A stretch of 64,000 nt of DNA from an uncultured Planctomycetaceae bacterium (GTDB taxonomy: Bacteria > Planctomycetota > Planctomycetia > Isosphaerales > Isosphaeraceae). This document shows positions 39,209 through 49,343 of the stretch, piece after piece. The stretch is from contig CAWIAD010000002.1 in NCBI GenBank assembly GCA_963833985.1, positions 608,001 through 672,000 of the forward strand. Reading direction: 5' to 3'. The number at the start of each line of letters is the position of its first letter. Positions within the stretch are counted from its first letter, which is position 1. The translations under genes and the position numbers were made by a program. The notes beneath the pieces were generated by a model that saw only the letters and a program-made list of their open reading frames with translations, made no database searches and was not told where the DNA came from.

Positions 39209-41121
39209 TCAAACCTTGCCGCTGGTTCCCGTGGCGGGCGGAGAACGAAGCGACTGGATGAGGCTGGTGTAGGCGGTGGTGAGCTCGCGCCGGCTCAGGA
39301 GGCCGATCAGGTCGGTGGGATCGTCGGGCTGGACCACGGGAATCTCGTCGATGTTCAGCTCGGTCATCCGTCGCAGTGCGGTGTGCAGAGTGTCCTCGGG
39401 CGTGACGGAGAGGACCGGCCGGGTGGCCAGGTCGTCGGCCAGCACCAGCGGTCCCCATTCCGAGCCGACCAGCGCCAGGCGCAGATCGCGAAGGGTGAAG
39501 ATGCCCGTCAACCGCCCTTTGCCGTCGACGACCGGGAAGAAGGTCTGGTTGGAGACGGCGACACGTTGGATCAGGTCCTTGAAGGGCATCGAGGCGGGGA
39601 TGTGTTCAATGCCCTCCGTGCGGATCACGACCTCGCCCACCTGGATCTGGTCGAGCACGTCGACCACGAAATCTCCCTGGTGCGCCGGGCTGTCGATCGG
39701 GCTGGGCACCTGCTCTTCATAAATTGTCCAGTGCCGCGAGATGGCCATGTTCAGACCGCAGGCCAGCATGAGCGGGACCAGCAGGCTGTACGAGCCGGTC
39801 ATCTCGCTGACCATCACGATGGACGTCAGCGGCGTCTTGGAAACACCGGCAAAGAACCCTCCCATGCCCACCAGTACGTACGCGGCCGGGTTGATGTGGG
39901 CGCCCGGAAGCATGCGGGCCATGAGCTGGCCATAGAACCCGCCGATCATGCCGCCGATGAGCATCGACGGACCGAACACGCCTCCACTGCCGCCAGAACT
40001 GATGGTAAAGCTGGTGGCCAGAATCTTCAGCACGCAGAGCGTGAGCAGAAGACCAAGGCCCATGTGGGGAACGAAACTCGACTCGCCCGGCAGGGTCAGC
40101 TCCGGCGGCATGCCGATGGCGCCCCATTGCACCCAGCCGTAGCCGCCGGTCATCACCTGGGGATACGCCAGCGCCACCAGGCCCAGCAGCAGCCCTCCCA
40201 CCGCCGGTTTGAACTGCCTGGGGATGGGAATGGGATGGAACAGCTTATCTCTCAGACCGTAGAAGCAACGCACGTAGAGCCAGCCGAACCCCGCGCAAAG
40301 GAGCGTCAGCCCCACGTACAGCGGCAGGTCGCGCAATCCCTGGAACGACAGGTTGGGCAGGCTGAAAATGGGCTTGGGCGTGATGAACAGGGCGAACGTG
40401 GAATAGGCCACGATCGAGCTGGCCAGGCAGGGCAAGAGCGCGGCCGACTCGAAGGCGGTGGAAGAATAAAGGACTTCGCCCGCGAAGAGTGCTCCACCCA
40501 GAGGCGCCGGAAGATCGCTCCCACGCCCCCGGCCGCTCCTGCCAGCATCAGGATCCGCCGCTCGCTGGGCGGCAGCTTGAGCACGCGTGCCAGGTACGAT
40601 CCAAAACCGGATCCGATCTGTGCAATCGGCCCTTCCTGTCCTGCGGATCCGCCGGTGCCAATGGTGATGATGGACGCCACGGACTTGATGAACGGGACGC
40701 GCGACCGGATCGTGCCGCCCCCCCGGTGGAAGGCCCGGACCATGGCGTCGGTGCCATGTCCCTCGGCCTCCGGGGCCCAGGTGAAGACGAGAATGCCCGA
40801 GAGCAGGCCACCCACGGTCGGTACCAGCAAGATCAGCCACCACGGCCAGGGATAGCTCACGGCGTGCAGCGTGCCTTCCAGGGTGGGAGGCATCTGGTAG
40901 TGCAGCAGACCGCCCAGGACGTACCGGTACATCGCCTGGAGGCAAACCAGAAACGCGACCGCACCCAGACCGGCAATGAACCCGACGAGCGGGCTGCAAA
41001 TGGCAGTCCGGCCCACGCCCGGCGTCCACCAGAGGGCCGCAAGCCGCTGGAAGCTTTCCCTCAGCAATGTCTGGAGCTTACCCGAGATCGACGAAGGAGG
41101 CGGGAGTTCTGGGTCGTGCAT
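39209..41121 (-). CDS. ClC chloride channel/antiporter with CBS pair; frameshift near 40505
   Basis: GHGTD, GGSAGQEGP, GGSGGVFGP, C-terminal CBS domains. Confidence 0.9.
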
Positions 41122-41378
41122 GAATCCGAGGTCCTGAGCGTGCAAACGGGATCTTCCTTATGATGGACCTGACGGCGCGATCCTTCCAGTCCAAAGTGAC
41201 AGTGCCGTCTGGAAACCGGACCTCAGCGCTGCCTGGTCGCACCGCTTCCGGCTGGTCGCAAGCCGCCGCCCGCGAGAGAATGGCGGCCTGGGCCGGTCGC
41301 TTTCTGCTCTCGACGTGAAGCCGAGCTTACGCCAGGTCCTGTCCCGGGGCCAGCACCAGGCTCCGCGAGGAGAATTCG

Positions 41379-43319
41379 ATGTGCGGCATTTGTGGCGCCG
41401 TGTGGACCGATCCCGGGAGAACCCTGGACCCCGCGCATCTGACCGCGATGATGAACCGGATCGCCCACCGCGGACCCGACGACTCCGGCTTCCATGAAGA
41501 CCGACATGCCGCCCTGGGGTTTCGTCGGCTGTCGATCGTCGACCTGGAAGGGGGCCATCAGCCGCTCTCCAACGAGGACGGCACGGTCTGGACCGTCTTC
41601 AATGGGGAGATCTACAACTACCCCGCGCTCCGGCACCGGCTCGAGGCCCGGGGCCATACCCTTCGCTCCAGGGGAGATACCGAAATCCTCGTGCACCTCT
41701 ACGAGGATGAGGGCACCGGGATGTTCTCGCTGCTGCGCGGAATGTTCGCACTGGCCATCTGGGACGCACCGCGCCGGACCTTGATTCTCGGCCGCGACCG
41801 GCTGGGACAGAAACCGCTGGTGTACCATCACGCCGGCGGCCGTCTCACCTTCGCAAGCGAGGCTCAAGGCGCTGCTTGCCCTCCCCGCGCACGACCTTCC
41901 GCGGCAGCTCGATCGGCTGGCGCTCGACCAGTACCTGACGTTCGGCTACGTGCCCCAGCCTCGAACCATCTTGCAAGGCGTCTCGAAACTTCCGCCCGCC
42001 CATTTCGCCGTCTGGCACGAGGGCACCTTGCGCATCGAGCCGTACTGGAGCCCCGACTGGAACGTCCAGCGGTACAGGCCGATCGAGGAAGACATCGCCG
42101 AGCTGCGAAGCACCCTGGCCGACGCGGTCCGCGAACAGATGGTCGCCGACGTTCCCCTGGGCGCGTTTCTCTCCGGCGGGATCGATTCCACGATCATCGT
42201 CGGTCTCATGCAGCGCGCGGCAAGCCAGCCGGTGCAGACTTTCTCCATCGGCTTTGCCGACCCGAGCTACGACGAGACCCAGTACGCCGAGCTGGCCGCG
42301 CGGCACCTGGGTACCGAGCACCGCACTTTCATGGTCGAGCCCAGGGCGTGGGAGACGCTCCCTCTTCTGGCCAGGCAGTTCGACGAGCCGTTCGCCGACA
42401 GCTCGGCACTCCCCACCTGGCACGTGGCACGCGAGACACGTCAGGCCGTGACCGTGGCCCTGACCGGCGACGCCGGCGACGAACTCTTCGGGGGCTACGA
42501 CCGTTACCGGGCACTGGCGATGACCGAGCTGTTCCAGCAGCTTCCGGCCGCGCCCGGCGCTGGATCGGGGGGACCATGACACGGGTCCTGCCGCGCTCGG
42601 GGAGGTCGAAGACGCGGCTCCGGGCCATGGAGCGGATCTTCGAACGGATCAACGACCGGGCGAGCGATCGCTACCTCGGGTGGATGACCACGTTCGATGA
42701 AGCCGACCGCCTGAACCTCTACAGTGAGGACCAGCTCGATCTGCTGGCATCCGCCGCGGCGAATGAGACGGACCAGGCGGCGGCAGACCCGACATCAATG
42801 CTCGTCCACGCCTGGAGCGAGGCAAGCCGAAGAGATGTCGTCACCCAGGCCATGGTTGGTGACCTGCTGACCTATCTTCCCGGGGACCTGCTGCACAAGG
42901 TGGACATGGCCAGCATGGCGCAAGGCCTGGAGTGCCGGGCGCCTTTTCTCGATCACCGCGTCGTCGAGCTGGCGGCGGCCATGCCCCTGGACAGAAAGCT
43001 GCGCCTGCGTCCGGGCAAGTCCAAGGTCGTTCTCAAGCGGGCATTCGCCGACCTGCTCCCCGGACCCATCAAGTCACGCCGCAAGATGGGATTTGGAGTG
43101 CCGGTCGGCCGCTGGTTCCAAAACGAGCTGCGCGAGGAGCTGCGCGCCGTGCTGCTCGATGCGTCCACACGGAAACGAGGCCTGTTTCGTCCCGAGATCG
43201 TGCAGGGGCTCGTCGACGAGCAGATCATGGGCCGTCGCGAGCACGGCCATCGACTCTGGAGCCTGCTGATGCTGGAGCTATGGTTCCGCAACCATCTCGA
43301 CGGCTCCGCGGGCGGTTGA
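41379..43319 (+). CDS. asnB: Glutamine-hydrolysing asparagine synthase; two compensating frameshifts near 41860 and 42550
   Basis: MCGICG, HRGPD, FNGEIYN, RDRLGQKPL; middle part (FLSGGIDS, DEPFADSS, GDAGDELFGGY) is in another frame; KVDMASMA, PFLDH. Confidence 0.92.
   Translation: MCGICGAVWTDPGRTLDPAHLTAMMNRIAHRGPDDSGFHEDRHAALGFRRLSIVDLEGGHQPLSNEDGTVWTVFNGEIYNYPALRHRLEARGHTLRSRGDTEILVHLYEDEGTGMFSLLRGMFALAIWDAPRRTLILGRDRLGQKPLVYHHAGGRLTFASEAQGAACPPRARPSAAARSAGARPVPDVRLRAPASNHLARRLETSARPFRRLARGHLAHRAVLEPRLERPAVQADRGRHRRAAKHPGRRGPRTDGRRRSPGRVSLRRDRFHDHRRSHAARGKPAGADFLHRLCRPELRRDPVRRAGRAAPGYRAPHFHGRAQGVGDAPSSGQAVRRAVRRQLGTPHLARGTRDTSGRDRGPDRRRRRRTLRGLRPLPGTGDDRAVPAASGRARRWIGGTMTRVLPRSGRSKTRLRAMERIFERINDRASDRYLGWMTTFDEADRLNLYSEDQLDLLASAAANETDQAAADPTSMLVHAWSEASRRDVVTQAMVGDLLTYLPGDLLHKVDMASMAQGLECRAPFLDHRVVELAAAMPLDRKLRLRPGKSKVVLKRAFADLLPGPIKSRRKMGFGVPVGRWFQNELREELRAVLLDASTRKRGLFRPEIVQGLVDEQIMGRREHGHRLWSLLMLELWFRNHLDGSAGG
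43281..43309 (+). repeat. Left 29-bp direct repeat (asnB 3' end)
   Basis: TGGTTCCGCAACCATCTCGACGGCTCCGC, identical to 44991-45019. Confidence 0.97.
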
Positions 43320-43324
43320 GCGAT

Positions 43325-43347
43325 CCGGTCCGGCCTTCGGGCACCGG
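43325..43347. terminator. Hairpin between convergent asnB and TOPRIM-like gene
   Basis: CCGGT..GCC-TTCG-GGC-ACCGG. Confidence 0.35.
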
Positions 43348-43366
43348 GTGCAGCGTGAGCCGCCGA

Positions 43367-43978
43367 TCACCCGGCAAGTTGCCCGGTCACGAGCGGGCCG
43401 ATCTCGGTCCGCACGTCCTCCACAAAGTCCCGAAAGCCGGTGTGGGAAGCATGGAAGCACCGTTCCGGATCGACGAGACGCGCAATTCCGGTGAGGACGG
43501 CGAGAATCTCCGTTCCTTCTCGATTTGATCTGCCAATCAGGTCATTCAGGACAGACTTGGGATCACGCGTTCGCGAAATGGCGACGATTTCGGCGTCCAC
43601 ATCGAGTCCTAGTGCATCGCGGATGGCCGCGGGGTCATCCAGCAGCCAAGCTTCCCCGTGAGGACTGGCCTCACCGAAGGCCATGGGAAATGGAGGCTTC
43701 TCCATTCTAACCTTTTCACGCGCCGCTCGAAGCTGCTTCAACTTCTCTCCATGCTGGCTTTTGTCGCGGTCGACAACGGCGATCAGGCCCGCTGCGCCCG
43801 CGTCGAGCGCTTGTAGGAGAGCGAATCGAACCTTCTTCTGGTATCCCTTTCCCGCTTGATGAAGATGCGCCCGGTTGCGGGTGACTGGCTCGACCTCCGC
43901 GCCGAGGATACGCATGACGAGGTGGGGAACCGTGGCCGCATCGCGCTCACCGTCACCGACGAACAGAAGCGAGATCAT
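43367..43978 (-). CDS. DUF4276-like TOPRIM-type protein
   Basis: LFVGDGERD, VVDRD (DxD), GEAWLL, DPK; ATGA overlap with the ATPase stop. Confidence 0.7.
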   Translation of the reverse strand: MISLLFVGDGERDAATVPHLVMRILGAEVEPVTRNRAHLHQAGKGYQKKVRFALLQALDAGAAGLIAVVDRDKSQHGEKLKQLRAAREKVRMEKPPFPMAFGEASPHGEAWLLDDPAAIRDALGLDVDAEIVAISRTRDPKSVLNDLIGRSNREGTEILAVLTGIARLVDPERCFHASHTGFRDFVEDVRTEIGPLVTGQLAG

Positions 43979-44907
43979 TTCTTGACAAGTCCTTCTTCTC
44001 CCTGGTTGTACCAAACTTCCCCGAGCATGAATTCATCAAGAAAGAGGCCCAGCCTTTCCGCATCGACAGGCTCGGCCGTGCGGCTACCATCCGGATTGCG
44101 AGAAAACACGAGGACCTGGTCGGTCTCAACATCGAGGCAATCGAGTAAGTAAGGCGAGTGAGTCGTGAGGATGACCTGTACTGGGTGGCTTCCATGCTTT
44201 CCTTCGGTAATCTCCCGGAGTAGGCCGATGACATCGGCCAGCCTGCGGGGGTGGACACCCGTTTCCGGTTCCTCCACCAAAATGATCTTGGGGGGCGAAG
44301 GATGATAAGTCAGCGCGACGAAGAAAAGGAGGAGCCGGACCCCCGCAGAGGCTTCTTCCGCGTGCAGGCGAAAGCCATTCTCGATCACCAGGTCAAGCCG
44401 GCGTTCCGAGGGGTGGGGCGTCGCGATCTCGATGTCTTGCAGGCCTGGCACGTGCTGCTTGAGCTTTTCGACCACGCCGAAGAAACGGGCGCGGTCGCGT
44501 CGCAACAGGTAATCGAGCAGTCCCGGTACCCCATCTCCCGAACGTCCCAGTTGCTGTGCTCCGGCCTGGTCGTTGTAGCCGTCAGACGTCATGTTCACGC
44601 CGGACACGGGAAGCTGAAAGACCTGGGCCTGAGTGATACCAGGGTTGGGTGGAAGATTGCCGCTCGTACCCATGCGCGCCAGGCCCCCTCTGTCGAGAGT
44701 TCCCTCGACCAGAATAGGGCGGTTCTGCTCGTGTCGATAGTGATCCGTCGGCTGGAACTGGGCTGGCTGGCTTCCGAGCAAGTCCACTGCCCTCAGGAAA
44801 GAGGATTTTCCTGAATCGTTCCTGCCAATCAAAACGGTCAGCGGGCGAAGCGGGACATCAATATGAACGAAGGACCGGAAACCCTGGATTTTGATCTGAT
44901 TGAGCAT
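43975..44907 (-). CDS. ABC-type ATPase (AAA_21/AAA_15-like)
   Basis: IQGFRS, Walker A GRNDSGKS, ASAG signature, Walker B ILVEEPETGVHP, TTHSP. Confidence 0.9.
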   Translation of the reverse strand: MLNQIKIQGFRSFVHIDVPLRPLTVLIGRNDSGKSSFLRAVDLLGSQPAQFQPTDHYRHEQNRPILVEGTLDRGGLARMGTSGNLPPNPGITQAQVFQLPVSGVNMTSDGYNDQAGAQQLGRSGDGVPGLLDYLLRRDRARFFGVVEKLKQHVPGLQDIEIATPHPSERRLDLVIENGFRLHAEEASAGVRLLLFFVALTYHPSPPKIILVEEPETGVHPRRLADVIGLLREITEGKHGSHPVQVILTTHSPYLLDCLDVETDQVLVFSRNPDGSRTAEPVDAERLGLFLDEFMLGEVWYNQGEEGLVKK

Positions 44908-44948
44908 GAAGGTTCCCCGACTTTTGAAGGCCCCATGCCCGACACTTG

Positions 44949-44977
44949 ATATTAGACCTGGAGCCTGTGTTGGGCAA
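44949..44977 (-). promoter_or_regulatory. Sigma-70-like promoter for the ATPase-TOPRIM pair
   Basis: TTGCCC-N17-TAATAT on the minus strand, 41 nt upstream of the ATG and inside the right repeat boundary. Confidence 0.55.
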
Positions 44978-44990
44978 AGTATGTTGGCCC

Positions 44991-45019
44991 TGGTTCCGCA
45001 ACCATCTCGACGGCTCCGC
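44991..45019 (+). repeat. Right 29-bp direct repeat (second copy of asnB 3' end)
   Basis: Identical to 43281-43309; followed by TGA at the same relative position (45027-45029). Confidence 0.97.
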
Positions 45020-45160
45020 CGCGTGTTGATCCTGTGCGGCGAAGCGGGGACAAGGAAGCCGACGCCCACGAGTTCAGCGGAGGCAAGCCCACGGTCTCCG
45101 TAGAGGCCCGGCTCAGGGCCGAGGAGTTCAGCCGGCGCCCTGCGAGTGATCGCACCGTCG

Positions 45161-46570
45161 TCACCCCAGCTTCGGCACATAGGTTAGACCTCCCCGTGGA
45201 AAAACGTGGAGGCGCGGCGAAGCGCGGCGCTCCCGAGGTAACGACTCGATCGCCGCCCGCCAGAGGGCGTCCTGGGAGGCGAAGACGCGCACCGGACCGA
45301 GCCGGGGGCCGATCATCTCATGGAGCAGGGGCGCGTAGACCAGCACGGTGCGGTCGACGACCAGCTCGCGGGCCCAGCGGAGCATGAAGGCGCTGGGGGA
45401 GCCCGCGGCCGAAAGGGCTAGGTGGACCATGGGCACGAGTCTGCGAATCGCCCAGCCGCCTGGGGCGCCGGTGGACGCGATCCAGCGCAGGGCCGATCGC
45501 GGGAAAGACCGCGCGATCTCATTCGGATCGCTCCAGAAGAATCCCGCGAGCACGCCGCCCGGCTTGCAGGCGGCGCGATGGTGCAGCAAGACCTTGAAGC
45601 TTTGCATCGGATCGCCGGGCCAGGGGTGGTTGCCGGCCACAAGAATATCGGCGGGCACCTCGGGCTGAACCTCGAACCTGCGGCGGACCTCGGCTGCCAG
45701 ATCAAGCTGCACGCTTTCGGGCCGCCCGGCCAGGATCCGGAAGATCTGTCCCGGTCCGCCAATCACGTGGCTGATCGACACGCAAGGGCCCAGCCGCTCG
45801 GCGGCCTCGGCGATGGCCTGCCGCATCGGGTTGGTGGCCGCGCTCTGTCCCAGAAGCGAGCCCGCGTCTCCGCTGTCCAGCCCCTGGCCATGCAGAGCGC
45901 CCAGGGTGGAGCGGTGACTTGTTCCGGGCAGGATCAGCTTGTAGCCGCCTCCGAAACCGGCCTGGAGATGCGGCAGGACCGAGCCCAGGAGGACCCGCAA
46001 ATCAGCCCTCGCTACGGGCCGGAAGACCCGGACCGGAATGCCGCGCTCCGTCGTTCCCAGATCATCGTAGGCGAGGTGATCGTCCACGGGCGGGCTGAAG
46101 CAGCGATACGCGGACACGATCGGATCACCGAGCCTCTGTTTCATCGCGTCGTCATCAACGGCCTGGTGCCGCCCCACGCCAACGCTGATCGTCACGTCCT
46201 CGGGGCGGAGACCCCCGGCGTGCAACCGCCGCAGGATGATGGGCAGGGCGGCACGCACCGGGGTCCAGCGTGAAGGATCGTCCACCACGATCGCCACCGT
46301 CGAGCCGGTACGCACCCGCGATTCCAGTGGAGCGGAGTCCACGGGCGCAGCCAGGGCCGCTTCAAGGGCAGCCTCGTAGTTCTCCACCGCTGCCGCGAGA
46401 TCAGGCTGGAACACCGAGTGCAGGGACGGCAACTTCGCCCACGGCCATTGCAGGCCCAGCGTTGCATCCGGACCCCAGGGTAGGTCACATAAAGGCAAAC
46501 CGCGCCTCCTGGAGTCCGCGTAGCCTGGATCCTCATGAACGGCAGAGCTATCCCGGGGCGCATCATTCAT
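45161..46570 (-). CDS. Lactate racemase (LarA)-superfamily protein
   Basis: IVVDDPSRWTP, GVGRH, PHLQAGFGGGYKLILPG; start uncertain. Confidence 0.8.
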   Translation of the reverse strand: MNDAPRDSSAVHEDPGYADSRRRGLPLCDLPWGPDATLGLQWPWAKLPSLHSVFQPDLAAAVENYEAALEAALAAPVDSAPLESRVRTGSTVAIVVDDPSRWTPVRAALPIILRRLHAGGLRPEDVTISVGVGRHQAVDDDAMKQRLGDPIVSAYRCFSPPVDDHLAYDDLGTTERGIPVRVFRPVARADLRVLLGSVLPHLQAGFGGGYKLILPGTSHRSTLGALHGQGLDSGDAGSLLGQSAATNPMRQAIAEAAERLGPCVSISHVIGGPGQIFRILAGRPESVQLDLAAEVRRRFEVQPEVPADILVAGNHPWPGDPMQSFKVLLHHRAACKPGGVLAGFFWSDPNEIARSFPRSALRWIASTGAPGGWAIRRLVPMVHLALSAAGSPSAFMLRWARELVVDRTVLVYAPLLHEMIGPRLGPVRVFASQDALWRAAIESLPRERRASPRLHVFPRGGLTYVPKLG

Positions 46571-46846
46571 TCCGGCAGGTTCCCGACGGTCCTTCGATGG
46601 CATACCCTTACACTCCGAGGAACCACGCTACTGCCCTCGAGCGAATTCGCCAAGGAGGCGTTCCGTCCTGGCACACCCGATCCGCAGAACGGCGCCATCG
46701 CATGAATACCAACACCGCATGCACTCAGCAAGGAGATCGCCGGCACTTCTTTTGAGTCGTTGCAGGCGCTGGCCGATATACAAGGAAAGGCGATTTGCCC
46801 GGCATGGTCCCGGTGCGGGCGTCGCAGCCGCGAGGTGAGGTGAGCG

Positions 46847-48216
46847 ATGGATCGTTCCAGAGGAAAAGCTCGGCGGTCAGTACGGTTACCGCTTGGCAAC
46901 GAGACGCTCGAGCCCAGAGAGTTGCTCAGCAACGGCGGCTGGCCTCCCTATATCTCGACGGCGCAACTGTACAATCTGCTCAACAATCCCCCCGGCTATC
47001 CCGCGGTTCGCCCGAACACGCCGGTCCTTCCCTACGGTGTGGCGTCGAAGCTGGCGACGTATGTGGATCCATCAGCTCACGTCATCAACGGCTACGCCGT
47101 GATCATCGGCGCGCCCAGCTTCATCGGTCCGTACTCCACGCTCAACGCCCACGGCGGCATCATCAAGATTGGCAGCGGGACGGACATCCTGGATAACGCG
47201 ACGGTCGTGGCCAACCCCTTGCACCCGCACACGGCCCCCGCTCCCGAGGCCCAGATCGGCGATCACGTCCTGGTCGGCTACGGTGCCACGATCCTGGGAC
47301 CGAGCACCATCGGCGCATTCGGGTCCGCGGCCAAGGCGACAGAGATCGGCCCCGGGGCACTCATCGATCAGGCCAACATCGAGCCCGGGGCAATCGTCTC
47401 GCGCTTGCCCGAGTCGGCCCGGGCGTCACGGTTCCTTCCGGCCTCATGGTGCTGCCGGGCAAGAACGTGACCACGAACGCGGAAGCCTCGGATCCCGCGC
47501 TGGGGATGGTCGTACCGGTCACGACCAGCGAGATCAATGCGATCGGCACCCAGTTACAGGCCAATCAATCACTGGGAACCGGGTATAACACGCTCTACCA
47601 GGGGCAGTCGGCGACGGGCCCGAGCCCGGGCGCGCCAAAGACCGTCAGCGGGGTCTACAATGGCGACCTGGCAACGGTTGAGGGGGCCGGATCGCAGCCC
47701 GGCTCACCGACGGCGAGCACGCCCTACTTACCGGAAGGCACCGGTCCGAAGTTCCCTTCACCAGCCCTGGGTCCGGTCACAGGCCTGCTGTTCAATTTCC
47801 CCGCTCGGGTGACCGGCGCGGTGAACTTCAACCAGCGCGCTCATTCCGTGGCCCATCGCCTGGGCCGCAGCAACGCGATCCGCGCCGATATGGGCGAAAC
47901 GATCACCATCGGCTCGATTGGCAGGACTGGGAATGGAGTGACGATCAACTCTCCTGGCGGGACACTGACAATCGGGCAGAATCTTGTCGCCGGCAGCGGC
48001 ACCACCATTCTCGGGGGCGCCACCGGCACCAAGACAACCCTCGGCGACAACGTCACCATCGGCAGCAACGCCGTGCTCTCCGGCACCTCGCTGGGTACCG
48101 GCTCAACGGTCGGCGACCATGCCTACCTGCTCAATTCGACGTTCCCGGCCGGGACCCAGGTCCCTGCCGGAGCGATCTACGAGAACAACAAGCTCGTCGG
48201 CTTCGTCGAGTGGTAA
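46847..48216 (+). CDS. Secreted tandem left-handed beta-helix (gamma-carbonic-anhydrase-like) protein; frameshift near 47400
   Basis: LEPRELLS motif and hexapeptide repeats; the frames join via ALARVGPGVTVPSGLMVLPGK. Confidence 0.7.
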
Positions 48217-48650
48217 AGGCCGGTTGAGCGAGCATGGACGATTCGAAGCAGGCACTCCCTCCCGGCGTCCGCACATAACCTCAGGTGCTTGACTTGCGGA
48301 CCCGGGCCGCTTATGGTCAACGCGGAACGACTGTCCGAAGAACGTCAAGAGGACTTCCGGGCCGCCGATCCCGGTAAAGATACGTTGGCACGGTCGTGTG
48401 CCTCTGTTGTGCTGGCAGGGCTCCAAGGCGGACATCTGCGACGATTGCAATCTCGGGCGCCGGGGACGCAGAATTCCCGGGTTGTCCGTATGAACGGCCC
48501 GCGGGAACGCAGGGCGGGTCACCGTACATCTCCAGCTGCTGCGCAGGCTTCAAGAATTCACTCCAGAGTTTCTTGTGCGACTGCGCCATGCCATTGCCAT
48601 GGAAGCCCGAAATCCGCGGGCAACCGCTGAAAAAAAGAGAGAAAGAGCTT

Positions 48651-48704
48651 TTTTTGCATTTGCAGCATTTTCTGCTTGACTCAGGCCGGCGAGTACGTCA
48701 GGAT
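48651..48704 (+). promoter_or_regulatory. Putative PHA operon promoter with TGC-rich box
   Basis: TTGCATTTGCAGCA upstream of TTGACT-N17-CAGGAT. Confidence 0.4.
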
Positions 48705-48741
48705 GAGGTGGTGAGCGAGTCACAGCCCCATCTGGAGGTGA

Positions 48742-49218
48742 ATGATGTTTGATATGATTCTGGAAAACTACCGCAAGGCCACGGAATCGACGATGAAGCT
48801 CCAGCAGGACGTGCTGCGGAACTGGACGATGCAGTGGCCGCAGATGTTCGGGGGGAGCACTTACGGGTTCCCCTTCATGGGAGGTTCGGCCGTCGGATCG
48901 GCCATGCCGGGCGCGGCACTGCTCGAGCAGTGGAGCGAGGCACGGAAGAAGTGGGCCGACACGGTCACCGAGATGCTCAACAAGCATCGCGAGTCCCTCG
49001 ACGCCCAGTACAAGGCCGGAATCTGCACCATCGAAGAAGCGTTCAAGGTGGGCGATGCGAAGGACCCCCAGCAGTTCCGCAAGCTCACCGAGGAGCTCTG
49101 GAAGCAGAGCTTCGAGTGCCTCAAGACCGTGGCCGAGGCGCAGACGCGAGACGTCCAGTCCGCGATGGAAAAGTGGTACGAAGCGGCATCCAAGACCGCC
49201 TCGGGTCTGAAGGTCTGA
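48742..49218 (+). CDS. Putative phasin-like PHA granule protein
   Basis: GGAGG RBS, amphipathic helical composition, first gene of the pha cluster; function inferred from context. Confidence 0.6.
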   Translation: MMFDMILENYRKATESTMKLQQDVLRNWTMQWPQMFGGSTYGFPFMGGSAVGSAMPGAALLEQWSEARKKWADTVTEMLNKHRESLDAQYKAGICTIEEAFKVGDAKDPQQFRKLTEELWKQSFECLKTVAEAQTRDVQSAMEKWYEAASKTASGLKV

Positions 49219-49343
49219 GCCAGGCAAAACTCCCCGGCCAGAAACGCGGCCAGGGTACAGCTCGCCGTAGGGACAGGAAACCGCCCAGGATGGGTTACAA
49301 CATTCACTGATAAGCATGTTCTGCAGCGTCGAGGACCGAGACG

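Larger units (their letters stand above)
43281..45029. mobile_element. Integrase-less mini-island at the asnB 3' end
   Basis: Two genes plus a promoter bounded by 29-bp direct repeats 1710 bp apart. Confidence 0.7.

Noticed and set aside
41860..42550. Apparent novel Arg-rich middle domain in the 646-aa AsnB ORF
   Set aside because: Out-of-frame translation between two compensating indels; the canonical AsnB motifs are in another frame.
49220..49300. GGCAAAAC plus hairpin resembling a c-di-GMP-I riboswitch
   Set aside because: Lacks the remaining consensus (GNRA-capped stem followed by GCAAAGC).
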